Part shown: positions 15,884 through 26,571 of the stretch, in pieces
Numbering within the stretch: the first letter of the stretch is position 1
How the letters are laid out: every line of letters begins with the position of its first letter
Virus record (IMG/VR): IMGVR_UViG_3300024502_000010
Coordinates: 124,001 to 188,000 of that record
Strand: one strand, 5' to 3'
DNA length: 64,000 nt
Notes under the pieces: model-generated
Told to the model about the DNA's origin: nothing
What the model saw: the letters and a program-made list of their open reading frames with translations, nothing else
The model's database searches: none
Program-made: the position numbers and the translations under genes

Positions 15884-16552
15884 TTATCCCTTCTTCCAGG
15901 ATTCACCCTCTGCTTTTCTTCTACGTGCAAGTCCTGCTTCTACATTAGAACCAGGATTGCGATAGAGATAAAGAGCATCAGGAACTAAATCCCACTCCTT
16001 ATTTTTCAAGCGTTTAGTAATAGTATTAAAGTTATCGCCACCGTAAAAACCGGCACCAAGATTATAAGCAAAGCTGAGCAGAGCGCCTCTTTTTCCATCT
16101 GACATTTCATTCCAATGAGGGATTTTACGCAGAGCAGGAAGGAACTCTTTCTTACATTGTTCGATAAGAAGTTCATCTGCTTCTGCCTGTGTTAGGGTAT
16201 CACCCATTTTGAAGGGTGATCCATCCTTCTTGCGAGTAGATCCCCAACCAATAGTGATTGGAAGTCCACCAGTCAAGGGGTCTGGGTATGCCTTCAGATG
16301 ACATCCCTCAAACTCTTTGATTAACTTGATGCCCATTTGAGGAACATCATCACCACCTGTTACAGGAGCTGCAGCAGCAGTGGTTGCTGGTGCAGCACTA
16401 GTCTTTTTTCCTCTATAAATCTCCGCCCAATCAATATTATCTTCTAGATATTTGACTGGGAGGTTATCTTCCAACCACTGCACTGCTTTAACGTGGTTGG
16501 GGTTCTTCTCGTCATAAAACTTGAAGAAGTTATGTAAATCGATTCTTGCCAT
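15884..16552 (-). CDS. GH24 phage lysozyme with N-terminal accessory domain
   Basis: IKEFEGC..KAYPDP....ITIGWG and GLARRRKAEG motifs. Confidence 0.9.
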   Translation of the reverse strand: MARIDLHNFFKFYDEKNPNHVKAVQWLEDNLPVKYLEDNIDWAEIYRGKKTSAAPATTAAAAPVTGGDDVPQMGIKLIKEFEGCHLKAYPDPLTGGLPITIGWGSTRKKDGSPFKMGDTLTQAEADELLIEQCKKEFLPALRKIPHWNEMSDGKRGALLSFAYNLGAGFYGGDNFNTITKRLKNKEWDLVPDALYLYRNPGSNVEAGLARRRKAEGESWKKG

Positions 16553-16637
16553 TGTTTTCTCCGAAATACCGTTGATAAAGTTCGTTTGCTTCTACGTGCT
16601 TTCCATGATTTGTAAGTTCTTTGATCACTTTAAGCAT
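16530..16637 (-). CDS. 35-aa peptide (MLKVIKELTNHGKHVEANELYQRYFGE...)
   Basis: ORF read by hand, between the two lysin-like genes. Confidence 0.5.
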   Translation of the reverse strand: MLKVIKELTNHGKHVEANELYQRYFGENNGKNRFT

Positions 16638-16650
16638 TTTTGCCTTAAAT

Positions 16651-17322
16651 CTAATCGAAGATTCTGCCCCACCCATCATTGCCTCCTGGACACCAACGGT
16701 GCTTAAGAACTGCTTTGGTATAGATTGTTTTCTTACCGTTAGTTACAGGACCAGTATAGTTATCATTCAATGATCCATATGGGTCATTAACGTAATATCC
16801 TTTTCCGTCTGGAGTCTTACCAATTACAACGCACATGTGCCCACCAGTAGGTGCAGAAAGAGAACCCCTATGGAGTATGCCAATAACAACGGGCTTCCCA
16901 GCGTCCAAACTTTTATCAATATCAGCAAAAGATAGATTGTAACTAAAGTGTGACTTAACGCCATAACCTGCCAGAACCTTCGTCTGTACGGCATGGTCCG
17001 TTGTATCACCAATCGCAAATACTTTCTTGACGTATTCATCGTCACCTTTAATGCTTCCTGGCTTGAGGAACGCAAGACACATAGCGCACGATGAAGAGTT
17101 GCAAGTTCTATGTGCATCTCTGTAGTTATCTACTTGATTGAAATATGGAACGTTTAGAACCGCTGGTGTAGGGGGTTTGGTTCTAAAAATTCCAATCCAA
17201 TCTGTCTCCGCATCGTCTAAAAATTGGGGAGGAAGATTATCTTCTAACCACTGAACCGCTGCAACATGATTTGAATTGCTATCATCATAAAACTTAAAAA
17301 AGTTATGAAGATCTAGGGTCAT
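16651..17322 (-). CDS. peptidase C39-like protein with the same N-terminal domain as the lysozyme
   Basis: VPYFNQ...CNSSSCAM, GGH and VNDPYG motifs. Confidence 0.85.
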   Translation of the reverse strand: MTLDLHNFFKFYDDSNSNHVAAVQWLEDNLPPQFLDDAETDWIGIFRTKPPTPAVLNVPYFNQVDNYRDAHRTCNSSSCAMCLAFLKPGSIKGDDEYVKKVFAIGDTTDHAVQTKVLAGYGVKSHFSYNLSFADIDKSLDAGKPVVIGILHRGSLSAPTGGHMCVVIGKTPDGKGYYVNDPYGSLNDNYTGPVTNGKKTIYTKAVLKHRWCPGGNDGWGRIFD

Positions 17323-17387
17323 GGATTATCTCTATAAACACTGAAGATATTTATAAAAAAAGCGCCTTTTTGGGCGCTTGATTATCT

Positions 17388-17915
17388 TCAGGCAGTAACA
17401 GTTTCTCGAACCGTAGATTTTACATATTCAAAAACATTTTCTGGAGTAGTCTCAACATAAGGATCTTCAGGGGCATTATCGCGCTGTCCTGGTTCAACAA
17501 ACAGTTTCTCGATGATTCCGTTATCCACGACTGCAGCATAACGCCAAGAGCGATCACCGAAACCAAGGTTGGACTTACTAACAAGCATTCCCATAGAGCG
17601 TGTGAAATATGCATTTCCATCTGGAATGAGTTTTACTTTCTCAATGTTCTGGTCTTGTGCCCAGGCATTCATCACAAACCCATCATTAACAGAGATGCAG
17701 TAAATAGCGTCGATGCCACTACCAATAAAGTCGTCGTATTTCTCTTCGAATCCAGGTAGCTGATAGGCACTGCAAGTAGGAGTGAAAGCACCAGGCAGGC
17801 TAAAAATGACCACACGCTTTCCATTGAATAGTTCTGCGGATGTACGATTTACAAACTCACTATTCTCACGGAATACAAATTGTACTTGTGGAACTTGATA
17901 TTGCTCTTTACGCAT
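17388..17915 (-). CDS. peroxiredoxin (type II / Prx5-like)
   Basis: LPGAFTPTCS, CISVND.FVM.AW and RSWRYA motifs; start at MRKEQY. Confidence 0.92.
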   Translation of the reverse strand: MRKEQYQVPQVQFVFRENSEFVNRTSAELFNGKRVVIFSLPGAFTPTCSAYQLPGFEEKYDDFIGSGIDAIYCISVNDGFVMNAWAQDQNIEKVKLIPDGNAYFTRSMGMLVSKSNLGFGDRSWRYAAVVDNGIIEKLFVEPGQRDNAPEDPYVETTPENVFEYVKSTVRETVTA

Positions 17916-17926
17916 TTTGACCTCTA

Positions 17927-18046
17927 TCAAAACACACCGGGGATAATTTGACCGGTAGTAAGATAAGAACCAGCGGCTGCAACAAAACCAATCATTGCAA
18001 ACCAACCATTAATACGCTCAGCTTTTTCAGTAAAAAGATTTTTCAT
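17927..18046 (-). CDS. hli: high-light-inducible protein, 39 aa
   Basis: Not in the ORF track; [39 protein letters not shown] with the AExxNGxxAMIG motif; SD AGGAGA. Confidence 0.92.
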   Translation of the reverse strand: MKNLFTEKAERINGWFAMIGFVAAAGSYLTTGQIIPGVF

Positions 18047-18321
18047 TTGTTTTCTCCTTGATAAAGGTGGTGTTGTTTAAGTTCAGGATTTGGTTGTGAA
18101 GGAACAACTGGGTTCCTCGATTTGTTTTTAATTACGATGAAAGCATCGTTTTGGTAGGATACAGTTCCAAATGGTTTTGCCCATTTTGGATTTGCATTTG
18201 GACTGGTAGCAGTTCCTGTTACTGCTACTCCTCCAATCTCCACCGAGATTTCATCATCAGCATTCCACCCAAGTTCTTGAAGGGCAATTGCGAACTGCCC
18301 TAGCATACCAGCAGTGCTCAC
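18043..18321 (-). CDS. hypothetical protein
   Basis: ORF track; coupled to petF and hli. Confidence 0.75.
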   Translation of the reverse strand: MSTAGMLGQFAIALQELGWNADDEISVEIGGVAVTGTATSPNANPKWAKPFGTVSYQNDAFIVIKNKSRNPVVPSQPNPELKQHHLYQGENK

Positions 18322-18611
18322 AGATTCTCTTCCTGTTCAGTAAGAATTACACAATCACTTGTGGGATAAGCAACGCAAGTGAGAACCCAACCTTCTGCTT
18401 GTTGATCATCATCAAGGAACGATTGTTCTTCGTTGTCAACGGTGCCAGAAATGAGTTTGCCAGCACAGGCAGAGCAAGCGCCTGCCTTACACGATGAAGG
18501 GAGGTCAACACCTGCCTCTTCTGCTGCTTCAAGGATGTACTGGTCATCAGGACATTTGATAGTAGTTTCGGTGCCATCAGGGGATTGGAGAGTGACATTA
18601 AAAACGGTCAT
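18318..18611 (-). CDS. petF: plant-type [2Fe-2S] ferredoxin
   Basis: [13 protein letters not shown]...VLTCVAYP. Confidence 0.96.
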   Translation of the reverse strand: MTVFNVTLQSPDGTETTIKCPDDQYILEAAEEAGVDLPSSCKAGACSACAGKLISGTVDNEEQSFLDDDQQAEGWVLTCVAYPTSDCVILTEQEENL

Positions 18612-18697
18612 TAGTAAGTCTCGCAAATTTTTTCAACGGATGCTGCCAGTAAAACAAAAAAGGCAACTGATGTTATTGTAAAGATAGTTGAAGTCAT
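18611..18697 (-). CDS. 28-aa hydrophobic peptide ([28 protein letters not shown])
   Basis: ORF read by hand; TAATG overlap with the petF start. Confidence 0.5.
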   Translation of the reverse strand: MTSTIFTITSVAFFVLLAASVEKICETY

Positions 18698-18706
18698 TGT
18701 CAAGTC

Positions 18707-18916
18707 TCAAACTACTCCAAAGAAGAGGTGCCCAGTGAGAGCATAAGAAATAGCGCCAGCAACAATGCCGACCATAGCCCAGCGTCCATTCATTTTCTCC
18801 GCTTTTTCTGCATAGGGTTCGATGCCATAACGCTCAAGGTCTTCCTTGGTCATATACATCGCGGGTTCTTTGGCAAACATATTCATTTGCCCAAACTCGT
18901 TTTTTGTTACAGTCAT
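18707..18916 (-). CDS. hli: high-light-inducible protein
   Basis: AEKMNGRWAMVGIVAG motif; FAKEP N-terminal motif. Confidence 0.92.
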   Translation of the reverse strand: MTVTKNEFGQMNMFAKEPAMYMTKEDLERYGIEPYAEKAEKMNGRWAMVGIVAGAISYALTGHLFFGVV

Positions 18917-19012
18917 TTTTCGTTTTATTACGAATTGTTACACAATTATATAGCAAAAATAAAGGGGTGTCAAGCACCCCTCGTAGTCATTTATACCTAG
19001 TTTTGTTAGGAA

Positions 19013-19975
19013 TTACTGACCAATACGCCCAACAGCAATGCGTGATTTGTTGAGAACCGAACCTGCAAGAGGAACATAACCCAAATCATCAGCAATCATC
19101 TGTGCTTTTGTGCTCAAAGCATAGTTCAGAGCAGCACGGATATCATCAGTCTTAGCACCATTACCTTTCTTATATGCAAGGATCCAAGTCAGAGTAGAAA
19201 TTGGATATGCATTTGTTCCAGAGGGATTGGGATTTTCGCCAGCAAGGTTTGCATCCAGAGTAATGCTATTCAGAGCAGCAGCACCAGTCACAGCGGAAGG
19301 ACCGACAAACTTACCTGCCTTGTTTTGAATAACTGCTGCTTTAAGTTTGTTGGCACGAACAAATCCAGTATTCACATAACCAATAGCACCAGGAGTGTTT
19401 TTGATAGTACCAGAAACACCTTCGTTACCTTTTGAACCAACACCAGTAGGCCAATTAATAGACTTACCTACACCATAAGTCCAACCACCAAATGCTTCCA
19501 AAGAGTTGGTGAATGCAAAAGTAGTTCCAGAACCATCAGAACGATGAACAACTTTCATCGGACCAGCAGCACATCCGACTTGCTTCCAGTCTTTAATACG
19601 ACCAGCAAAAATATCAACAGTTTGCTTTTGAGTGAGTTTCAGAGTGCAACTAGGATTGTTGTAAGCAACAGCAATCGTTCCACCAATCATAGGGATCTGG
19701 ACAACACCACGCTTCACTTTTGCCGCTTCTGCGGGTTTGATGGGTTCGTCACTTGCTGCGAAATCAACCGTTCCCGCAAGGAATTGACGAACACCAGCAC
19801 CAGAACCAACGGACTGATAATTAACCCTACTCCCAGAAGTTCGTGCATAATCTTGGAACCATCGTTGATAAAGAGGTGCTGGGAAGGTGGCACCTGCACC
19901 GTTCAAAGTAGTCCCAGCAAATGCAGCAGCAGGAGCAAGAGCAAGACTAATAGAAATAAAGTTTTTGAGTTTCAT
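19013..19975 (-). CDS. pstS: phosphate ABC transporter substrate-binding protein
   Basis: GAGATFP, YQSVGSGAG, HRSDGSGTT and YPI motifs. Confidence 0.97.
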   Translation of the reverse strand: MKLKNFISISLALAPAAAFAGTTLNGAGATFPAPLYQRWFQDYARTSGSRVNYQSVGSGAGVRQFLAGTVDFAASDEPIKPAEAAKVKRGVVQIPMIGGTIAVAYNNPSCTLKLTQKQTVDIFAGRIKDWKQVGCAAGPMKVVHRSDGSGTTFAFTNSLEAFGGWTYGVGKSINWPTGVGSKGNEGVSGTIKNTPGAIGYVNTGFVRANKLKAAVIQNKAGKFVGPSAVTGAAALNSITLDANLAGENPNPSGTNAYPISTLTWILAYKKGNGAKTDDIRAALNYALSTKAQMIADDLGYVPLAGSVLNKSRIAVGRIGQ

Positions 19976-20014
19976 AAAAAGTGAATAACTACAAAGAAAT
20001 TCTAAAGGAAATGA

Positions 20015-20043
20015 AAATTAAAGTCCACTAAGAGAAGGTTAAG
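20015..20043 (-). promoter_or_regulatory. putative cyanobacterial pho box
   Basis: CTTAACCT-tct-CTTAGTGG-ac-TTTAATTT; ~11-bp periodic YTTAAYYW-like repeats upstream of pstS. Confidence 0.45.
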
Positions 20044-20045
20044 GT

Positions 20046-21338
<1,293 letters not shown>

Positions 21339-21357
21339 TTATCACACTTTCAGTTTA

Positions 21358-22854
21358 TCAGAAAGTAAATTTGGTTTGGATTACACCACCAAAGTTGGAA
21401 GAAGCATCAGTGAATGCTTGGTTGTTAGAAGCATAGAACACTGCAGGAGTAATAGTAATGTTATCGCTTACACGATACTTGTAGAATACTTCCCACATCG
21501 TTGCATCCTCATCCAGTCCTTCTGCATTACCAGGTTGACCCACAGCAAAACCTGCAGAATTACCCTTGGCAAGTACATCACTCCACTGAAGACCAGCATA
21601 CCAAGTTTGAGAATCGGTAGCACCAGCAGGAGTTGCTGCACCTTCAGCATTCAGACTTACAGTGTTCCAACCATAACCAGCAGATACCGAGGGAACAATG
21701 CCAGACTTAGAGGGTTGCCAGTAAGCACTCAGAGCATAACCGTTGGAGGTTTGACCTGGAGCAAGAGCACCAGAAGCACCAGCAACACCATTAAAGGTGC
21801 GAACACGAGTGCCTTCAGTACCATAACGATAACCGAATGCAATACCGTAGTTAGGAGCACGATAACCAATCTGTGCCAGAGTGTTCAGGGCACCCTTTTC
21901 GTTGAACTCACCTTTGGTGGAATCGCCACCATTTTGAGCAACATAGTTCAGACCAGCAACAAAACCTTTCTTACCTTGTGACCACTGGGCACCAAAACCA
22001 GCACCAGTTGCCTTGTTATAGACGCCAGGAGCACCAGCAAGTTGGAAGAAGTCAAGAACTTCCGACTTATATGCAGTAGGAATCCAGGTCATTTCAGTGT
22101 TACGAACCAGAGCACCAGCAGTCAGAGTTACACCCTTAGCAAGTGCAGGGAACTGATAGTAGAGACGGTCGAGAGTAACTGCATTTGCGGTACTCTCTGC
22201 CTTATCCAGTTTGAACAGAGAAGAAGAAGAACCGAAGGGTTGACTGGAGAAGTTGCCAGAACGCAGACGAGTGCGGAGCAGATCTTTACCAGTGAACGAT
22301 GTGTCAAAGTTCAGGCGAAGATCATAGTTGAATGCAGTATTACCAACATTCGTACTTGCAGTTGAACCGGGAGTCCAAGCATTATCTACACCACCAAGAA
22401 CAAAGTTTGCTTCACCGCGAAGTTTTGTGGTGGTAGAGAACTGAGTTGCTTCAAGAGCACCTACTTTGGTTTCCAAACTTGCAACCTTACCTTGAATAAC
22501 AGTGAGTTCATCACGGAACTCATTAGCAAGACGCTTGAGTTCATCAGTATTTTCTGTTACGCGATCCAAGCAAGCATTCAGAAGTGCTGCTGCCTCATAG
22601 CGAGTCATTGCTTTGCCACCACTGAAGGTGCCATTTGGATAACCAGCAACGCAACCATAACGCTCTACAAGGTTGCTGAGTGCCTGATATGCCCAATCCG
22701 TAGGTTGAACATCAGACAGTTGTGAGACGCTTGTGACCTGCTCAGAGGTTGCATATTGGTTGACTGCTGCCATGTTAAGGTCTGCCGCATTCGCAGCAAC
22801 AGGAGCAACCATTCCCAGAGCAACAGGTGCAAGCATCAGTTGTTTGAGTTTCAT
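21358..22854 (-). CDS. cyanobacterial SLH-domain outer-membrane porin (SomA/B, iron-uptake porin family)
   Basis: DVQPTDWAYQAL..LVERYGCVAGYP SLH domain; QFSTTTKL; terminal QTKFTF. Confidence 0.92.
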   Translation of the reverse strand: MKLKQLMLAPVALGMVAPVAANAADLNMAAVNQYATSEQVTSVSQLSDVQPTDWAYQALSNLVERYGCVAGYPNGTFSGGKAMTRYEAAALLNACLDRVTENTDELKRLANEFRDELTVIQGKVASLETKVGALEATQFSTTTKLRGEANFVLGGVDNAWTPGSTASTNVGNTAFNYDLRLNFDTSFTGKDLLRTRLRSGNFSSQPFGSSSSLFKLDKAESTANAVTLDRLYYQFPALAKGVTLTAGALVRNTEMTWIPTAYKSEVLDFFQLAGAPGVYNKATGAGFGAQWSQGKKGFVAGLNYVAQNGGDSTKGEFNEKGALNTLAQIGYRAPNYGIAFGYRYGTEGTRVRTFNGVAGASGALAPGQTSNGYALSAYWQPSKSGIVPSVSAGYGWNTVSLNAEGAATPAGATDSQTWYAGLQWSDVLAKGNSAGFAVGQPGNAEGLDEDATMWEVFYKYRVSDNITITPAVFYASNNQAFTDASSNFGGVIQTKFTF

Positions 22855-22888
22855 AAAATTATTTTTTATGTACTATAGGACAAATGTT

Positions 22889-22950
22889 AAGAATTACAAC
22901 TGAATTCTTAAGTACTTATTTAGTATAGAGAGATTCTTAAATTTTGTCAA
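22889..22950 (-). promoter_or_regulatory. porin promoter (sigma70 plus late box)
   Basis: TTGACA-N17-TATACT followed by CTAAATA. Confidence 0.65.
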
Positions 22951-23762
22951 GTGTTTTGCTGAGAAGTAGAATTTTCGGTTATTCTCCCCAGATATGGATC
23001 ATAATCCATGTATTCTTCTATTTTAATTTTAGAACCATTTTGCTCCCAAAATTCGGAGAGTGCAGTGTGATTTCCTTTATGAAAAATATCAACATGTTCC
23101 GGATGAATAGATGATCCAAGTTCAATTCTATAAAAGAGAAGAGGAATTGAATATGTATTTCCAGAATTATAAATCAAATCATCCGCAACTGGACGAGGTT
23201 TGACTCCATTATCCAGTTTATATTTTTCTCCACGGACATGGAACTTCAATAACTTTTCTGCATGATGTCTATTAATAAGATAGCAAGCTGTTGAAAAGTC
23301 ATTAACAAATCTCTTATGCAATCTAACATGCAAATCACCAGTACAAATGATTGCGATTTGAACTACATCCCAATCATATGGAATATGTGCATAAAAATCT
23401 GACCAATTAAAATCCCAGTATTTCACCAAATCAAGATTACAATCATCTTCCATGATGATTGCATATGGACTATCTGAGGTTTCATACCAATGCTTTATTG
23501 CCTTAAGGTGAGATGTAATACATCCAATCTCACCCGATGTCATATTTTCAGGATAGCGACCTATTATAATATCACTTAAGTCATCTTCACGACCATCGTA
23601 TGCAGAGATGCGTGTATAATTTTCAACTTCCCAATATTTAAATTGGGACTCCATATATTCTCTCCTTTCTTGCTGTCCATCAAGATTAAGATAATAAATG
23701 GGTCCAATATTTTTTAGTTTGTATGCTGATTTATTCTTATCCAATTTATTAAAATCCATCAC
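22947..23762 (-). CDS. glycosyltransferase family 25
   Basis: YYLNLD...ERR...RISAYDG, GEIGC..SH.KA and IMEDD motifs. Confidence 0.88.
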   Translation of the reverse strand: MMDFNKLDKNKSAYKLKNIGPIYYLNLDGQQERREYMESQFKYWEVENYTRISAYDGREDDLSDIIIGRYPENMTSGEIGCITSHLKAIKHWYETSDSPYAIIMEDDCNLDLVKYWDFNWSDFYAHIPYDWDVVQIAIICTGDLHVRLHKRFVNDFSTACYLINRHHAEKLLKFHVRGEKYKLDNGVKPRPVADDLIYNSGNTYSIPLLFYRIELGSSIHPEHVDIFHKGNHTALSEFWEQNGSKIKIEEYMDYDPYLGRITENSTSQQNT

Positions 23763-24943
23763 AAATCAATCCAGTATACCTCTTCATTGGGAATTCCATC
23801 AACCACAACTCTATCTCCATATTTTGATTCTAGGAAATCTTTTACTTGACCAAGAATTGCTTGATTGTCAAGTACATATACTTTATAACCCTCATCGAGA
23901 AGGTCTAAGCAAAGACGATACTGCTGACTCTCGGTAAGGATATCAGTTCCTTCTTTATATGAAATGTAATGAAAAGCAAATGGAATTTTATTCTCGTTCT
24001 TTTTGATAAAGTAGGTTTTCAAAAACTTTGCGTGTTCATTATTAAAGTCATCAGTTGTTTTTCCAAGGTTATATTCTAAACCAAGTTTTTTTGCATAAGC
24101 AGCAAAAGAACGATTGTCTCTTGGTAAGCACGGACCACCAAATCCATATCCATATTTCAGATATTTACTACCAACTCTTGTATCAGAACCGATTGCTTTA
24201 AGAACATGATCAATTTCTTCTTCAAGACCAGCAAGAGACATGACTTCGCCAACCATATTTGCATAACTAATCTTGGTAGTTAAGAAACAATTGACTGCAA
24301 GTTTAACTAACTCTGCAGCAGTCGTTGACATAAAATAAATTCTTGGTTCTGTTACTTGAATTCTATTATAAATTTCTTCAATGAATGGGCGATACTGACC
24401 TTCGGGTCCACCAACAAGGACCATATCTGCATTCTGCAGGTCCTTAATAATATTTCCCTGAGCAATAAACTCAGGATTATAGTAAACATCTACGCCATAA
24501 GCATTGAGTTGGGATTGAAAATTATCACAATCACCCGGATTAGTTGTACATCCAACTACAAAACATTTACCTTTAACTTCAATCCCAAGGTCTGGAGCAT
24601 TTTGAATATCATTGATAACACCCCAAACAGCACTAACATCATAACTTCCGTCAGGAAGAGATGGCGTCGCTACCAGAGTATAAAGAACATCACACTCTCG
24701 GATAACATCATAGTTTCCAGTTTTAAATGTAATATTCTTTGCTTCAGAAAGAAGTTGCTGAACTTCTGGTTCGTGAGTATCAATGGTTCTTTGTAGAAGA
24801 CCATTTACATAGTCTTCTCTAACATCAGAGGCTACAACCTCATAACCTGCTTTTTCTAAAAGAAGGGCAAAGCAAATACCAAGTCTACCTGCCCCAATAA
24901 CTCCTACTTTCATTTTAGTTTTGCTGTAATAAGTAAATGCCAA
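23759..24943 (-). CDS. UDP-glucose/GDP-mannose dehydrogenase family protein
   Basis: GxGxxG, YNPEF, AELVKL and GFGGPCLPRD motifs. Confidence 0.92.
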   Translation of the reverse strand: MAFTYYSKTKMKVGVIGAGRLGICFALLLEKAGYEVVASDVREDYVNGLLQRTIDTHEPEVQQLLSEAKNITFKTGNYDVIRECDVLYTLVATPSLPDGSYDVSAVWGVINDIQNAPDLGIEVKGKCFVVGCTTNPGDCDNFQSQLNAYGVDVYYNPEFIAQGNIIKDLQNADMVLVGGPEGQYRPFIEEIYNRIQVTEPRIYFMSTTAAELVKLAVNCFLTTKISYANMVGEVMSLAGLEEEIDHVLKAIGSDTRVGSKYLKYGYGFGGPCLPRDNRSFAAYAKKLGLEYNLGKTTDDFNNEHAKFLKTYFIKKNENKIPFAFHYISYKEGTDILTESQQYRLCLDLLDEGYKVYVLDNQAILGQVKDFLESKYGDRVVVDGIPNEEVYWIDL

Positions 24944-25683
24944 CCAAGATTTTTTTCAAGAACTCTAAACATTTCCGGAGGCATGGATTCAAACCAAGGT
25001 TGTCTCACATACTCACCATTCTTATAAGGTTCTATTTGATAGGGGAAGATATGATCCTGTTCAATTGATAGAACTTCATATCCATCCAACAAGTCTACCA
25101 CATCTTGCTTAGTATATGTATTAGCGATTGGACAACCATACTGTGCTTCTGGTTGATCAAGACCAGACTCAATCATATAATTTTTCCAAGAGTCTTTTGC
25201 ATAAAGCATAATCTTGAGAACACTATTCTCGTTCATATACTTTTTAATCTCAGAAATAATCTTTTCTGGGTGAGGACTATGATGAATTACCCCAAAAGAA
25301 TAAACCAAATCATAAGTCTCTGCAGGGACAAAGGTTGAAAGTTCTTCAGCGTTTCCAGAATAAAACTTTCCAGTCTGCTCAAATACTTCAAATCTTTGTT
25401 TAGCAAGTTCAAGACTTGATTCAGAAAGTTCTACTCCAGTATAATCTGCCCCATTAAGAGCAAAGTTCAAACCAACTGTAGCAAGACCACAACCAATCTC
25501 TAAAACTTTTTTACCTTCCCATTTGGAAAATTCAGTGAAGTCAAGGATGTGAGGTTCAACAAAAAATTTCTTTCTTTCTACCTCATTAAAATATTCTTTA
25601 GTACCAACCTCTTTTGAAGAATGTCTGACATTGCAGGGACGATCATCCCAAAACTTTTTTACTTCGGTAATTGTTGCAGTCAT
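24910..25683 (-). CDS. class I SAM-dependent methyltransferase
   Basis: VLEIGCG and YDLVYSFGVIHH motifs. Confidence 0.88.
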   Translation of the reverse strand: MTATITEVKKFWDDRPCNVRHSSKEVGTKEYFNEVERKKFFVEPHILDFTEFSKWEGKKVLEIGCGLATVGLNFALNGADYTGVELSESSLELAKQRFEVFEQTGKFYSGNAEELSTFVPAETYDLVYSFGVIHHSPHPEKIISEIKKYMNENSVLKIMLYAKDSWKNYMIESGLDQPEAQYGCPIANTYTKQDVVDLLDGYEVLSIEQDHIFPYQIEPYKNGEYVRQPWFESMPPEMFRVLEKNLGWHLLITAKLK

Positions 25684-26564
25684 AATGGAATATTGAAATT
25701 ATAGTCTACTTTAATTGTTGACGGATAAGTGAAACACCAAAAATTATCTCTCACATAGGTCAAATCAGTTCTCATAAATGAAGCAATATATGAAAAAGCA
25801 CTGTTTGCCATAATAAAGCAATCTGAGTATATCATATGATATAAGTCACTGATTGGATGTTCATCTATATGAAGTTTAACTTCAAACATTTCTGTTGTTA
25901 GATTTACAAATTCTTCAAATGAATTAGTAAATCCCTGAGAGTAAATATGAAGAACTGTCTTCTTATTATAATATTTTTGTTTCAACCTGTCAATCAGATT
26001 CAAATATCTAGAGAAATCTCTCTCATAATTATAAAGTTCCCTTTCGGTTGAAGAGGCATCAACATCTTTTGGATTTTCCGTCCTTATATGTAGGGCAATA
26101 TTTACCTCATCATTATTGAAATATTTTTCTCCACTAAATCGCAAATTATTCTTTGCCTCTTTTACTAACTCTTCAGTAAAAATTATATCAGAATTCTGCT
26201 CACAGAAACACATCATGGGCCAAGTTGCACCATGCTGAGGAAGTTCAATTAAAATTTCTTTGTTAGTATTTCTATTTTCTGCAATAAAATTTACAAGATT
26301 TTGATCAAAAGAAAAACCTCTAATTATTTCATCTGGATTTTTTAACTTAGGAAAATTAAAAAACTCTTCAAATGATTTGGACCAAGATTCACTGTCACCA
26401 GTATAATCAGTATACTCAAAGTGAGACAGGTCTTTAACTCCTGAAAAAGAAAACTCAACTCCAAAAAATTTGGAAACAAAACTGAGCATAATGGGGTACA
26501 TCATCATAGCACCCGCACCCTCAGTTTTATTTCCGTTCATGTCCAACGATAAGTGTAAAGACAT
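25680..26564 (-). CDS. GT11/O-fucosyltransferase-like protein
   Basis: IALHIR and DLYHMIYSD..IMANSAFSY motifs. Confidence 0.55.
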   Translation of the reverse strand: MSLHLSLDMNGNKTEGAGAMMMYPIMLSFVSKFFGVEFSFSGVKDLSHFEYTDYTGDSESWSKSFEEFFNFPKLKNPDEIIRGFSFDQNLVNFIAENRNTNKEILIELPQHGATWPMMCFCEQNSDIIFTEELVKEAKNNLRFSGEKYFNNDEVNIALHIRTENPKDVDASSTERELYNYERDFSRYLNLIDRLKQKYYNKKTVLHIYSQGFTNSFEEFVNLTTEMFEVKLHIDEHPISDLYHMIYSDCFIMANSAFSYIASFMRTDLTYVRDNFWCFTYPSTIKVDYNFNIPL

Positions 26565-26571
26565 ATAATAA

